64,000 bases of DNA from positions 1 through 64,000 of IMG/VR virus record IMGVR_UViG_3300046167_000921, one strand, 5' to 3'. Below the pieces are notes generated by a model. It saw only the letters and a program-made list of their open reading frames with translations, did not search any database and was not told the DNA's origin. The DNA is from a virus. Below are positions 28,571 through 38,770 of the stretch, piece after piece; position 1 is the stretch's first letter, and the number at the start of each line of letters is the position of its first letter. The translations under genes were made by a program, and so were the position numbers.

Positions 28571-29674
28571 ATGTTCCATCACTTAACAATGGCCGTTCGA
28601 GATAGGATGATTAAAGAGCTTCGTGAGTATTGGCAAGACCACCCTCGTTATGAAACTCTCTCACGAAACATACAAGGTAAGTACGCCTTTGATGAGAGGC
28701 CTCAGTTTGGCATGGTCATTAAAACATCGGGTGCGAGTAACGTAATCCTAAGCCCTGATAACTTCATAGGTCATGTTAAAGGCTATGTCTCACTCGCTAA
28801 AGTAAAGAACAAGAAGAGCGTCTCTATAGAGTGGGCTAAAGAGGACAGCTTCGTGAAGCCAGAAGAGGGCGTTTACCACATCAAGGTAGAAAAGAATAAC
28901 AGGGTTGAAGACCCCAATGCCTATATTATGAACTATCAGAGATATGTGTATAGGAAAGAACCTTCTCCCATATTCTCTGACCCCACCACGATTGGGCTTG
29001 CGTATACTCCTCACGGAGACTCTTTGAGAATCCGAGAAGCTCCTTCGGGCAGAGTTTTGGGAGCAACGGAATACGTCTTGAATGGGTCAACCGTAACTTT
29101 AATAGAAGAGGTTCAACAAGGACTGTCTTTAAGTGCGGAGTACACAAGTAAAGATGAGTTCTTGAATGGCCCTTTCCACGTAACCCCAGACTGTGCTTTC
29201 CGCAAGATCATACCAGGTGTCGTCATTGCAGTGGGTCGCTGGATAGAGGATGGAGATGAGCAGGTAATTGTTGTGTCCAACAAGCAGGAGATTGTAGCTA
29301 GGGAGCATGGGGGGAGGTGGGAAATCTCTGTGGATATAGACTTAGTTACAAGGGATGTCCACTCACAGGCTGACATAGCGGATAGGACTGTGGTTTGGCT
29401 TTGGTCTACGTTGAGGCCAAAGCTGGCAAATATGGGTTTAGAGATGTCCGACGTTGGACTCGGGGGAGAGGGTGAGGAAGTTTATGATGAAAATGGAGAT
29501 GATTATTTCTACACCGCCTCTATGAGTCTTAGTCTTCAGACGGATTGGTTTATCCACTTCCCTGTACTAGTTCCTATTCGGGGGTCTAGTCAGGACCTAG
29601 TGCCTATCTCAGAGTTTGATGCTCCTCTTGTGGGCTTAGGTAGAGACAGCAGTTTCGTACAGAGGATAATTTGA
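28571..29674 (+). CDS. Putative tail completion/terminator protein with inserted beta-rich domain
   Basis: C-terminal WEISVDIDLVTRD...LSLQTDW pattern; late-type motif and GGAGGAG SD upstream; structural context. Confidence 0.45.
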   Translation: MFHHLTMAVRDRMIKELREYWQDHPRYETLSRNIQGKYAFDERPQFGMVIKTSGASNVILSPDNFIGHVKGYVSLAKVKNKKSVSIEWAKEDSFVKPEEGVYHIKVEKNNRVEDPNAYIMNYQRYVYRKEPSPIFSDPTTIGLAYTPHGDSLRIREAPSGRVLGATEYVLNGSTVTLIEEVQQGLSLSAEYTSKDEFLNGPFHVTPDCAFRKIIPGVVIAVGRWIEDGDEQVIVVSNKQEIVAREHGGRWEISVDIDLVTRDVHSQADIADRTVVWLWSTLRPKLANMGLEMSDVGLGGEGEEVYDENGDDYFYTASMSLSLQTDWFIHFPVLVPIRGSSQDLVPISEFDAPLVGLGRDSSFVQRII

Positions 29675-29721
29675 TATGTCATTTATTGCGGTCTTGAGTA
29701 AAGCTATCGAAAGGATGTTAA

Positions 29722-31095
29722 ATGAGCACCAAGCTACCAAAAAAGAAAAGCTATAACCCGTCTGACTTTAACCGCTATGGAAAGGAATGGGCAAGCAGAG
29801 ATCCTCGCAGGAGTATTGCTAATGTGAAGTTTTCAGGGGCGACGCTCATAATAGAGCCTGTCCACAAATTTTACGGCTGCACATTCAACAACTGCGTTAT
29901 TGTCCTAAAAAGCTATGGCAGAGAGAGTAGCCATCACCTAAAAATAAATAAGTTTAACAACTGTGTTATACGAGACAAGAGAGGCGATAATTCAGACGTG
30001 ACCTTTGGAAGTTGTACCCTCAAAAGCACAGTTGTGAAAAGTCCTATCGGACTAGGGGAACCTACCGAAAAAACTCATTTCATTAACTGCGAAATAAAAA
30101 AAGGGTACGGCAATGTTGATTTTAAGGGGGTCAACCTTGATGGCACTAAAGGCTTTAAATATGCCGATACTTCAATAGTAGAACACAAGGGTGTGACTGC
30201 TGAAGAAAAGGTGGTTATGGGTAGAAATGTTCAGAAGCTAGCAAGGGCTTTGAATAAGGTCAAAAACTTCAAGACCCTACTGAAGAAAGTGATCGCTCTT
30301 GAAGAGCAGTATGTCTATAAGAAGCACTTTGGTAGCGAACTGAGGACTCTAAGAGTAGAAATCAGGAAGCGGATTAAAGAGAAGCTGCGTAAAAATCAGG
30401 AAGAGGCTAGGCTTCGTCAACAGATCCAGCAAGAAGTTCAACTACTCAATCTGGATCTCGCTCGAGCCCAAGGAGATGATGAGTTAGTGCCTATTATGAT
30501 GAGGGCAGATTCTCTTCTTGAAGACCCCCTTGCTGAAGAATTCAAAGCTGACTTAGGGTTTATACAAGAGACAGCTAAATCCAAGCTCTCTCTCTGGGAG
30601 CGTATGCTTAAAAATAAGAGAAAACTCTTCAATGAGGGTCGTAGGGCTTCACAGATCAGAACCGCGTCACAGATGCTCAACCATCTCAACAAAGAGGCAG
30701 GAGTCTTCGACTCGTTTTCAGAGGGGGTGCTTAAATCTATCCTAGAGAAAGTCCTCAAGATGATGGTCGAAGAGAATCTGATTTCGGAGCACTTCAGCTA
30801 CAGCCCAAGTATTAAGTTCATTAAAAGAGGCGGGTTGGAGAGTGCGTTCGTGAAGGGCAACAATGACCTCGGAGACTTCTCTATCAGGGTAAACAAGAAG
30901 GGGGAGAATGTAGTTGTTTTCTTAAGACCCTCTGAAGGAGGTCGTGTGCTATTAGGGAAGGATGTCAGGTTCTCCCTAATAGACCCCAAAGCCTCTGAGA
31001 GGAAGATCCTTCAAGAAGTAGGGGGTAGTTTAAAAAGTAAGGGCAAAGTCGGCTTACTGCATGAGCTACTTACGGGCTACAACCCTCACCTTTAA
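29722..31095 (+). CDS. Degenerate pentapeptide repeats plus internal divergent copy of the shared module plus extra C-terminal domain
   Basis: FYGCTFNNCVI; HKGVTAEEK (cf. HKGETVEEK); KLFNEGRRASQIRTASQM...NKEAG. Confidence 0.8.
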   Translation: MSTKLPKKKSYNPSDFNRYGKEWASRDPRRSIANVKFSGATLIIEPVHKFYGCTFNNCVIVLKSYGRESSHHLKINKFNNCVIRDKRGDNSDVTFGSCTLKSTVVKSPIGLGEPTEKTHFINCEIKKGYGNVDFKGVNLDGTKGFKYADTSIVEHKGVTAEEKVVMGRNVQKLARALNKVKNFKTLLKKVIALEEQYVYKKHFGSELRTLRVEIRKRIKEKLRKNQEEARLRQQIQQEVQLLNLDLARAQGDDELVPIMMRADSLLEDPLAEEFKADLGFIQETAKSKLSLWERMLKNKRKLFNEGRRASQIRTASQMLNHLNKEAGVFDSFSEGVLKSILEKVLKMMVEENLISEHFSYSPSIKFIKRGGLESAFVKGNNDLGDFSIRVNKKGENVVVFLRPSEGGRVLLGKDVRFSLIDPKASERKILQEVGGSLKSKGKVGLLHELLTGYNPHL

Positions 31096-31170
31096 CCTTC
31101 TCCCTCTCAAACGTTATAGTCTTTAAATAATCAGAAGATAACTGACCCAATTAATGAAAGGATTTGTCCT

Positions 31171-31605
31171 ATGAGACAACTAACAGCATCACAGAAAATC
31201 GCTCAACTTGAACACCGTATCGCCAGACTTGAAAAATCTGCTAGTCGATTTGACTCCTTGAACCTCGAGGTCGTCGCATCAGCGGCAGAAGATGTTGCCC
31301 TCATGGTCAATGCTAGGTTTAACGCCAAGTCTTCTACCATCCGCAAACAAAAAAGAGGCAAAACAGTAACAGCATTCTTCAACCTACTTCGAGGGCGTGA
31401 GGTTCTCACAAAGGTTTTCGTAAGAAAGACAAGAAACCGCTTGGTCGCTTTCATGAGAAACTCTACGGGCTTTGTTGAACTCGGCAATGTTGAGTATTTC
31501 ACCGCAGATTCTCAATCTTCTGTACGAGAGCTTCTTGAGAGTGTAAGGTTTAACCTTAAAACAGATAGTTCTATCGACCTCTATGTTGACTCCTCAGAGA
31601 TTTGA
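31171..31605 (+). CDS. Leader-tagged hypothetical protein
   Basis: MRQLTASQKIAQLEHRIARLEKSAS. Confidence 0.85.
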   Translation: MRQLTASQKIAQLEHRIARLEKSASRFDSLNLEVVASAAEDVALMVNARFNAKSSTIRKQKRGKTVTAFFNLLRGREVLTKVFVRKTRNRLVAFMRNSTGFVELGNVEYFTADSQSSVRELLESVRFNLKTDSSIDLYVDSSEI

Positions 31606-31862
31606 TCCAAAAGTATCTCTCTGTCTTGCGGGGACACGAAAATAGGTGTGTGGTCTCCCCTATGGGTGTTGAACTCAAGGTACTCTAACGCCATGTGGTA
31701 TTTTTCATTTTCTTTGAGTTCTGGGTTTTTTTTCGACATCTCCCCCGCCCAATATTCAACGACCTGATCTTTGTCATAAACGACAGCAAAGGGTTCGTAG
31801 GAAACCCCTATGATCATGTCATTAAAGATCTCTCGCGGTTCTAGTAGGAGTAGTTCTTCCAT
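31581..31862 (-). CDS. Conserved small phage protein
   Basis: MIIGV...VVYDKD...ALEYLEFNT...TPIFV pattern widespread in phages; GAGG SD. Confidence 0.75.
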   Translation of the reverse strand: MEELLLLEPREIFNDMIIGVSYEPFAVVYDKDQVVEYWAGEMSKKNPELKENEKYHMALEYLEFNTHRGDHTPIFVSPQDREILLDQISEEST

Positions 31863-31878
31863 CGTAACCTCTATTCAA

Positions 31879-31890
31879 TAGTTTATTTAT
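31879..31890 (+). promoter_or_regulatory. Putative late promoter TAR-N6-TAT (sheath operon)
   Basis: TAG-TTTATT-TAT, 42 nt upstream of 31933. Confidence 0.5.
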
Positions 31891-31932
31891 TCAATCGACT
31901 GATAAAGTGAACATCTAAAAAGCTAGGTTACT

Positions 31933-32352
31933 ATGCCAATAATCAAGTTCCAATGTCAATCTTGTGGTCTCTTACAAAGAAAAAGAGTGCGAGGAGTTCA
32001 GTCTGTAGATTGCCCTTGTGGAGATACCGCGTATGCGGAAGGGTCTCGACCTGTTTCTAGTATAGGATTCTCTTCAGAGGTTGAGGGCAGTATGAAAGCC
32101 CAAACTTCTGGGATTGAGTCTTTTGATTTGGATTTTGATCGAGTTATTGGCGAAGAGTCAAAACAGAAATGGGACACCGTATATCGAAGGCAACGAGATA
32201 AGTGGGATGTCCTCCATCAAAGTGACAGTGCCAGCGGCTACGATATTATGAGGCTACCTGACGGGAGCTATGGTTCTTTGCCTGAAAAAGCTAAGGTGTT
32301 CCGAGAAAACCGTCAGGACAATATGAGAAAAATACGAACTCAGAACAAGTAA
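31933..32352 (+). CDS. FmdB-like Zn-ribbon protein
   Basis: MPIIKFQCQSCG...CPCG. Confidence 0.7.
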   Translation: MPIIKFQCQSCGLLQRKRVRGVQSVDCPCGDTAYAEGSRPVSSIGFSSEVEGSMKAQTSGIESFDLDFDRVIGEESKQKWDTVYRRQRDKWDVLHQSDSASGYDIMRLPDGSYGSLPEKAKVFRENRQDNMRKIRTQNK

Positions 32353-32364
32353 AGGAGTAGTCAG

Positions 32365-35300
32365 ATGGCTATAGAAAATAGTTACCTACCACCAGGTGTT
32401 TACACAAGCACCGTATTTGGGAATCAAAACCAAAACCAAGCTCGACTGCAAGGCAGGGTGCCTACCTTAATCGGCACAGGTCGCCAGACCATCGAGAGCA
32501 AGGGCAGTCTCCTCGTAAGAGGCTCGTCTGCTGTGGTTGATCAACGGATCGTAGAAGAAGATCCATCAGGCAGAATGGTTGCAGGAGAGAATCCCGATGG
32601 GAGTTACACCTATCAGGACTTCGACGGCGAGACAAACCAACTTCAGGTCAGGAAATGGCCTATCGTCACGGGTGACGGGTCTGGGACTAACGCTACGGTT
32701 CCTTCTTCTGTTACCGTGAGCATCAACGGCATTAACACTGTCGTTCTCGCAGTTGATGGTGCTGAAGGAGTTCTTACTATCGCGGAAGCCCCTAAGCAAG
32801 GAGACGACGTAAGAGTTTCTTACTTCTTCAACCGCACGGACACTTTCGTAGAAGAGGAAAACCTTTCTAGTCAGGTGTCTCCTTTCGACACAGAACTTCT
32901 CGGAAGTAGTTCCCCCTTCGTGATCGACAATACCTCTAACACTCTTATCTTAACTGTAGATGGTGTGACAGGTGTTATCACACTCCCTAACGGAGCTCAG
33001 GGTGATCGAGCGAACTCCCTCCAGCGTGTCATCGCAACCATTAATGGTGCAGGGCTTGCTTCTCTCGAAGCAGACTCCTACAAAGACACGGAAGGTGGCG
33101 ACAACCTCATCCTGACAGCAGAGGGGTCGATCCTTGTAGGTAACGGCACAGCTAACACCACTATCGGTGTTTACTTGAACCAGACAGGCAATGAACGCAC
33201 CCGCACGTTCTTTACTCAGTATGGCCCTATTGTAGACGGAACAAACAGTGGAGTTATTACTACCTCCACTGACAATGTGACCGTTAGGGTTGACGGGGTA
33301 ATTGTAGCGGTTGAGTCTGTAGACGGTTCAACGAACGCTATCACCCTCGCACTCCCCCCTAAAGTAGGTACTGTCATTAGTGTTGACTACTACCACAATA
33401 CTTTCAGAGATCAGTTCGACTACGTGTCGGGTCGTGACATCACCTCCATCGACAGAGTTTCTCTTGTCGCATCAGGCGGTGGCTCAGCGGCCTTGTTTGT
33501 CGAAGACGTGGACTTTGTACTCTCAGACGACAAGATTGTCTGGGGTACAGCGACAGTTGCCTCTGCGGGTGCAGTACAGAATGGCCAGACCCCTTTCGGC
33601 AACAACCAAGTGTCTCCAACTCTCCGAGATGAGAGAGCCTATCTTTTAGAGTGTTCTTCTGTAATTACGAATGCCGTCCCTCCTAGAGTCCTCCAAAACG
33701 TCTTTAAACTCCCCTTCCAGCCCGTTGACGGATCTGGTGCAGGGAAAGCCACTAACAGAGCTGATCTTGTCACAGTGAGGACAGGAGTCTCCCTCTCAGA
33801 CGCCCTTGTCAACCCTCTTGCAGTTGTGACTAAGGTTGACCCTCAGACTTCACAGGTAACTCTCGCCTCTGATATCCCTGCGAACCATAAGGTGTTTGCG
33901 AGCTTCTACTACTCCAATATTCAAGACAAGTTCGGAGATAAAGCGTATCGAGTCGAGGTTGAGTCTGCGGGAGCTTCTGGAGTTGGCACTTACTCTGTTA
34001 AGTCTTTAAACGAGACTCTTTATAACGTGACTCTTGAAGACAAAGGTACAGACCTTAGTGAAATCGCCTTGAACTTCCCTTCAGGGTCTGAGTCCATGTC
34101 AGGTGCTAGAGTTATAGGAGGCACCCCTGTGGCGGAGAATGTCACCGTTGAGCTTCGTAGTTACGACGAGACTCCTGCGATCTTCTTCACCGAAGGCTTC
34201 GGAGACTACTTCCTCGTCGAGGGTGCTTCAGACACTCTTGCTATTGAGGCAGACCTTCAGGCAATCACGATTGACTTCTCTGCCCCTATGGGTGCTGGTC
34301 GTAACGGTCACATTGCGACTCTTGTAAGTGACTTACTTACGTATGACGTTGCGAGCAACAACACTAACTACGGTGCGACAGCATTAACAAGAGCGGTCAC
34401 TCTCACTGTGGATGGCGTAACTCTCGCAGAAGCTTCTATTAACGGCGTAGGTGACGATGTTGAGACTTGGGTCGGTGCTATCAACACAGCAGCGAACGCT
34501 TCTGCACCTGTTTACACAGCCATGTCTAGCTTCTCTGCTTGGGAAGCGAAGGCAAATTCATATGCTGGCTTCAAGTTCCGTTTCGTCGGCGACTCGAATG
34601 GTGCTTCTGCCGTAGCCTCTGCCACGATTGGTGCGGCTGTTTACCTCAGCCCCGACGACCTCGCTAACGCTGTTGGCGTGGCGATTACTAATGCAATCAC
34701 CGCAGACATCGTTGGTGCAAACGCAGACTTTACAGGTCTTGATCTCAGTTGCTCTGCGGATAACACGGGCCGTTTAGTATTTAGTTTGGATTCTCTTCCA
34801 AACGCTAACGACTCATACGGATTTATTGAGTTCATCGCAGATACTGAAGATACGTTCCTCAGTATTGCAGGCGTAGACTTCGATACTCAGAACGCAACCA
34901 CGAATGGCAACGGCACTCAGACTAAGTTTGGTTTCCTCCCTGTCGCGGCACACTCACGCACCACCCTTACTTCAGGCGAGCTCCGTGACCGCTTGATTCT
35001 TAAAGGTAGGACTGTTATAGGTAACAAGTACTTCCCAACATCAGATCTAGGTGTATCTGTTGATCAGGGTGTGCGGGTCGAAGATGCTGGCCTCAGTGCT
35101 GGCGACTCCGCTGTTGCTTCAAGAAGATCTGTAGTTGATGCCCCAAGTGTCCTCCTTCGTTTGGGTTGGGGTGATGTAGACGCTCTTGGTATTCCTGCAA
35201 AGACACTGTACAGTGCTGGCAATGACCAGAATGACACTCTTGTTCTTGAGATTGACGGTAGTACTGTCACTATCAATTTATCAGATGCTACGGCTCAAGG

Positions 35301-37176
35301 TAATCTCACTTCAATTACAGATATCCTTGATGATGTAGTAATCGCGGTAGGTGTAAATGCCACTGCTCACATTGAGGGTGCGGGCATCCGTGTTATCAAT
35401 GCAAACTCTAACATTGATTCCTATATTAGAGTTGGTGCAGGTAACGGTAATTCATCTTTCGGTTTAACTGAGGGTGAGTCTGTTTCTTCTGTAGGTGTCA
35501 CCGCCCAAGCTTTGACCTCAGCTCTTATGAGTGATGTTGTTGCGAAGGCCTCTTTCGCAACTGCTCTCTTCTCTATTGAGCCAAGCACAGACGCAATCGC
35601 GGGTCACTACGCAGAGAAAGCTGTGTCTTACCTCCACGTAAACCAAACAGGTCGTAGTTTTGTTGGTTTCGAGAGTCTCTCAACTAGTACCAGCTCTATC
35701 CTTGAAGTTACAGGGGGTCGTGTTGCTACAACTAGAGGAAGTGGTACGAAGATCACCGTAGGCGACGGAGCTGTCGGAGAGAATGCGTATCAAGGGTTTG
35801 TGGTCACTTCCGATAACCCGAAGGGTTCGGGGTCAGCTAATGACTCACGCCTCAACGACGGTTCTGGCTCAGATGGTGTTGTAGGACAGACTTATATTGA
35901 TTCAGTAACAGGCCTCACCTTCTCCCTCCTCGCAAGAGAAGGTGGTTTGTCATACCCTACAGGTGTCAACGCAAGAGTTCTCTTCAGCGTATCCACTACC
36001 CTGACAACCGACGCTAATATTCCTGTGTCTCTCATACAAGGTGTTGAACTCACTGTGTCTAACACACTCAACACACAGGCAGGAGACATTGCTCTCGTAG
36101 AGACTTTTGTTAAGAGTGGTTCTGAGCCTTCTATAGGTCAGACCTACTATGTTGACTTCACCCGTGTTAGATCACTCTTTAACACTCGTACCTTCACCTC
36201 TCTCGGAGACGTGGTAGCCACCTATGGGCCTCTGAGTCCAGAGAACTCTTTGAGCTTGGGTGCTTACCTCGCGTTTGCTAATGGTGCTTCTGCAATTGCT
36301 TGTAGGCAGATCCCTCTCGCGAAGGGTCAGAGTATTGCTACCGAGGATCAAGTCATCTCGGCAATTTCTGGTGTTGAAGGTGAGATCACACCAGGTCTTT
36401 CACCTTCTGTGATTGTGCCTGTTTATCCTGCGACATCAGCAATCCTCTCCGCAATCTCTAACCATTGTGACATTCAGTCTTCACTTCGTTATCGTTCAGA
36501 GCGTCGTGCTGTTGTTGGCGTAAAACCTGGCACTCAGCCAAGAGAAGTTCAGCTTCTCGCACAAGCAACAGGAAACTCAAGAGTTTGCATTGTTTACCCT
36601 GACATCGCCACTCTTACTTTCATAAACGACGTGGGAGTCAGTCAGAGCTTCCTCGTCGGCGGTGAATATGTTGCGGTGGGTGTCGCTCTTGCTACAAGCA
36701 ACCCTAGTGTAGACAGTGCGACCCCTTGGACGGGTCGTGTAATCAATGGTCTTTCTTCACTTTCAAGAACTCTTGATGAGGTTGACGCGAACGCGACAGC
36801 TAAAGCGGGTGTGACTGTTATAAGTCAGAGAGCGGACGGTATCAAGGTCAGACATGGTTTGACCACAAACATGACTTCTACTCTCACTAAGACCCCTACG
36901 GTTATCCAGATCGCAGATGACGTTCAGATTCGATCTCGTAACCTCTTGAGTAGGTACATCGGTGTGAAGTACGTACCTCAGGTCATACAGCAGATTGAGG
37001 GTCGTTTGAACGCTTTCTTGAAGCAACTCGTCCGAGACCAGATCATCTCAACCTACACAGGCTTGAGTGTTCGTCGAGATCCCGAAGACCCAACCCAATT
37101 GAACGTGGAGGTCTTCTACAAGCCCGTGTACCCCCTCCTCTATATTCAATTCACCTTTACTCTTCAGGGTGGCTGA
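32365..37176 (+). CDS. Contractile tail sheath protein, unusually large (1603 aa)
   Basis: N-term YLPPGVYT; C-term sheath domain TTNMTSTLTKTPTVIQIADDV...VEVFYKPVYPLLYIQFTFTL; long beta-rich insertions. Confidence 0.88.
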   Translation: MAIENSYLPPGVYTSTVFGNQNQNQARLQGRVPTLIGTGRQTIESKGSLLVRGSSAVVDQRIVEEDPSGRMVAGENPDGSYTYQDFDGETNQLQVRKWPIVTGDGSGTNATVPSSVTVSINGINTVVLAVDGAEGVLTIAEAPKQGDDVRVSYFFNRTDTFVEEENLSSQVSPFDTELLGSSSPFVIDNTSNTLILTVDGVTGVITLPNGAQGDRANSLQRVIATINGAGLASLEADSYKDTEGGDNLILTAEGSILVGNGTANTTIGVYLNQTGNERTRTFFTQYGPIVDGTNSGVITTSTDNVTVRVDGVIVAVESVDGSTNAITLALPPKVGTVISVDYYHNTFRDQFDYVSGRDITSIDRVSLVASGGGSAALFVEDVDFVLSDDKIVWGTATVASAGAVQNGQTPFGNNQVSPTLRDERAYLLECSSVITNAVPPRVLQNVFKLPFQPVDGSGAGKATNRADLVTVRTGVSLSDALVNPLAVVTKVDPQTSQVTLASDIPANHKVFASFYYSNIQDKFGDKAYRVEVESAGASGVGTYSVKSLNETLYNVTLEDKGTDLSEIALNFPSGSESMSGARVIGGTPVAENVTVELRSYDETPAIFFTEGFGDYFLVEGASDTLAIEADLQAITIDFSAPMGAGRNGHIATLVSDLLTYDVASNNTNYGATALTRAVTLTVDGVTLAEASINGVGDDVETWVGAINTAANASAPVYTAMSSFSAWEAKANSYAGFKFRFVGDSNGASAVASATIGAAVYLSPDDLANAVGVAITNAITADIVGANADFTGLDLSCSADNTGRLVFSLDSLPNANDSYGFIEFIADTEDTFLSIAGVDFDTQNATTNGNGTQTKFGFLPVAAHSRTTLTSGELRDRLILKGRTVIGNKYFPTSDLGVSVDQGVRVEDAGLSAGDSAVASRRSVVDAPSVLLRLGWGDVDALGIPAKTLYSAGNDQNDTLVLEIDGSTVTINLSDATAQGNLTSITDILDDVVIAVGVNATAHIEGAGIRVINANSNIDSYIRVGAGNGNSSFGLTEGESVSSVGVTAQALTSALMSDVVAKASFATALFSIEPSTDAIAGHYAEKAVSYLHVNQTGRSFVGFESLSTSTSSILEVTGGRVATTRGSGTKITVGDGAVGENAYQGFVVTSDNPKGSGSANDSRLNDGSGSDGVVGQTYIDSVTGLTFSLLAREGGLSYPTGVNARVLFSVSTTLTTDANIPVSLIQGVELTVSNTLNTQAGDIALVETFVKSGSEPSIGQTYYVDFTRVRSLFNTRTFTSLGDVVATYGPLSPENSLSLGAYLAFANGASAIACRQIPLAKGQSIATEDQVISAISGVEGEITPGLSPSVIVPVYPATSAILSAISNHCDIQSSLRYRSERRAVVGVKPGTQPREVQLLAQATGNSRVCIVYPDIATLTFINDVGVSQSFLVGGEYVAVGVALATSNPSVDSATPWTGRVINGLSSLSRTLDEVDANATAKAGVTVISQRADGIKVRHGLTTNMTSTLTKTPTVIQIADDVQIRSRNLLSRYIGVKYVPQVIQQIEGRLNAFLKQLVRDQIISTYTGLSVRRDPEDPTQLNVEVFYKPVYPLLYIQFTFTLQGG

Positions 37177-37180
37177 TTTG

Positions 37181-37237
37181 TAGTGTATTTATCCTCCGCC
37201 TTTTCTAGTTTAACACTACTAAGAGAAGGCAGGGATA
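37181..37237 (+). promoter_or_regulatory. TAR-N6-TAT motif overlapping an RBS-sequestering hairpin
   Basis: TAGTGTATTTAT; TATCC..GCCTTTTCT pairs with AGAGAAGGC.GGGATA upstream of ATG 37241. Confidence 0.55.
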
Positions 37238-37240
37238 ACC

Positions 37241-38179
37241 ATGTATGACCATAAGATCCGAGAACTCCAAGGGAGGTTGCTTCGCTTAGAGCGAGTAGCT
37301 TCTCAGGGCGACGAGGGCAGGTTCTTTGACAACCCTCTGGTAAGGTCTGTCAGAGAGTTTGCCGAGTCGGAGGCGATCTCTAATGATCTTCAGGTATCAG
37401 AGAATGCTTCTGATACCTTAGATTCTGAGAAGTCAAAAGAGCTACTTAAAGCAGAATCAGTTTTCGCACCCCCAACTCCAGCAGAGACCCGAAAAAAGCC
37501 AGGTGGCGAAGAGTTTTCAACCCTGAATCAGTTTGTATTAGAGACTGAGGAGGGTGTGAGGATGCCCTCCCCCGAAAAAGCGGAGCAACCCCCTCAGTCT
37601 TTGGAGGAAGGTAAGCTGGATCTCAAGCAGAAAGCTGAGGATCGAGTGATAACCAGAAGTGAGAAGCTACGTGCTATAAGAGAAGTCATGAAAAAGAAGT
37701 CTAGCGGGGCTTGGCTTTTACGGCAAAGGTCACTCCAGAGAAGGAAAGAAGACAGTCGTTCTAATGGGAAACGTCGCCAAGACGATGAAGATGAGTTGAC
37801 GGACAGCCAGCGTGAGGTTCAGCGAGAGAAAAGGGACTATGAGAGGAGAAAGGAGAAAGAACAGAAAGAGAAAGAACAGAAAGAGAAAGCCAAAGAGGAA
37901 AGAAAGAAAAACTTAGATCAACGCAAGCAGGATCAAGTCAGTGCGAGAGCCCAAGCGAAGGAAAAGAAAATAAAGTCTTTAGAGCAACAGGCGAAAGGGT
38001 ACTCGAAAATGAAAGGAACCGAAAAAAGCCAATTTGTTAGAGTCGTGTACAAGCTACTCGACCGACAAGGCTCAAGTGGAGCGAAAGATGACCTGCAGTA
38101 TAAATTGAAGAAGACTAAAAACCCCGAAGAAAAAAGCCAAGAAATTATTCGAGCCCTCAACTCTCTACGAAAAGGATAG
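37241..38179 (+). CDS. Leader-tagged charged protein (probable head-associated)
   Basis: KIRELQGRLLRLERVAS leader; K/E-rich coiled-coil C-half. Confidence 0.75.
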   Translation: MYDHKIRELQGRLLRLERVASQGDEGRFFDNPLVRSVREFAESEAISNDLQVSENASDTLDSEKSKELLKAESVFAPPTPAETRKKPGGEEFSTLNQFVLETEEGVRMPSPEKAEQPPQSLEEGKLDLKQKAEDRVITRSEKLRAIREVMKKKSSGAWLLRQRSLQRRKEDSRSNGKRRQDDEDELTDSQREVQREKRDYERRKEKEQKEKEQKEKAKEERKKNLDQRKQDQVSARAQAKEKKIKSLEQQAKGYSKMKGTEKSQFVRVVYKLLDRQGSSGAKDDLQYKLKKTKNPEEKSQEIIRALNSLRKG

Positions 38180-38182
38180 AAA

Positions 38183-38740
38183 ATGTCTACAGATCTTAAT
38201 CTTACAAGCGAAGACCTCATAGTAATGAAGCACGGTGACAGATGCCCCGTCACCGCAGGGGCGACCCTAAGAAGCACAGGGTGGAAAGCTGGCTATTGGG
38301 TGAAGTATGCTGAAAATGAAAACAGTGCTTCTGAGTTCACCGTGGAACTCGCAGACGGTGTGTACGCTACGGGTTTTTTGATGTACGGCAGTGAAGATTA
38401 CTCAAACGCAAGGCAAAGCAACTATAGGAACTTCACATCCTACCAGCAAAGAGGAGCCCTAGCATCTGCTTCAGGGGCATCTGTCTTGACCATGATTATG
38501 GGAGGCGGGAGATTTCTATTTTCTCAATTTGAGAGATTCAATCTTGACGTAAATGGAGACCGTACCATCCCTGCGAATTACGCTCTAAATGATAATCTTA
38601 AAGTGTCCGAGAATGGAGTTCTCTGCAACGACACGGACGCCCGTCTCCTAGCCAAAACGGGAGGGACACTAGCTCTCCTTGTTGGGGTCTGTTGTAAAAC
38701 TCCTGTGGATGGTAAATTAGGACTCGACCTGAAATTCTAA
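38183..38740 (+). CDS. Putative capsid decoration/cement-like protein
   Basis: Gly-rich beta protein, YALNDNLKVSENGVL resembling the decoration protein at 47693. Confidence 0.5.
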   Translation: MSTDLNLTSEDLIVMKHGDRCPVTAGATLRSTGWKAGYWVKYAENENSASEFTVELADGVYATGFLMYGSEDYSNARQSNYRNFTSYQQRGALASASGASVLTMIMGGGRFLFSQFERFNLDVNGDRTIPANYALNDNLKVSENGVLCNDTDARLLAKTGGTLALLVGVCCKTPVDGKLGLDLKF

Positions 38741-38770
38741 ATATATAATAGGTTTTGAAAGGAGACAAAA

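Noticed and set aside
32566-37026. Small ORFs overlapping the sheath gene on both strands
   Set aside because: Shadows of a long, strongly biased coding sequence
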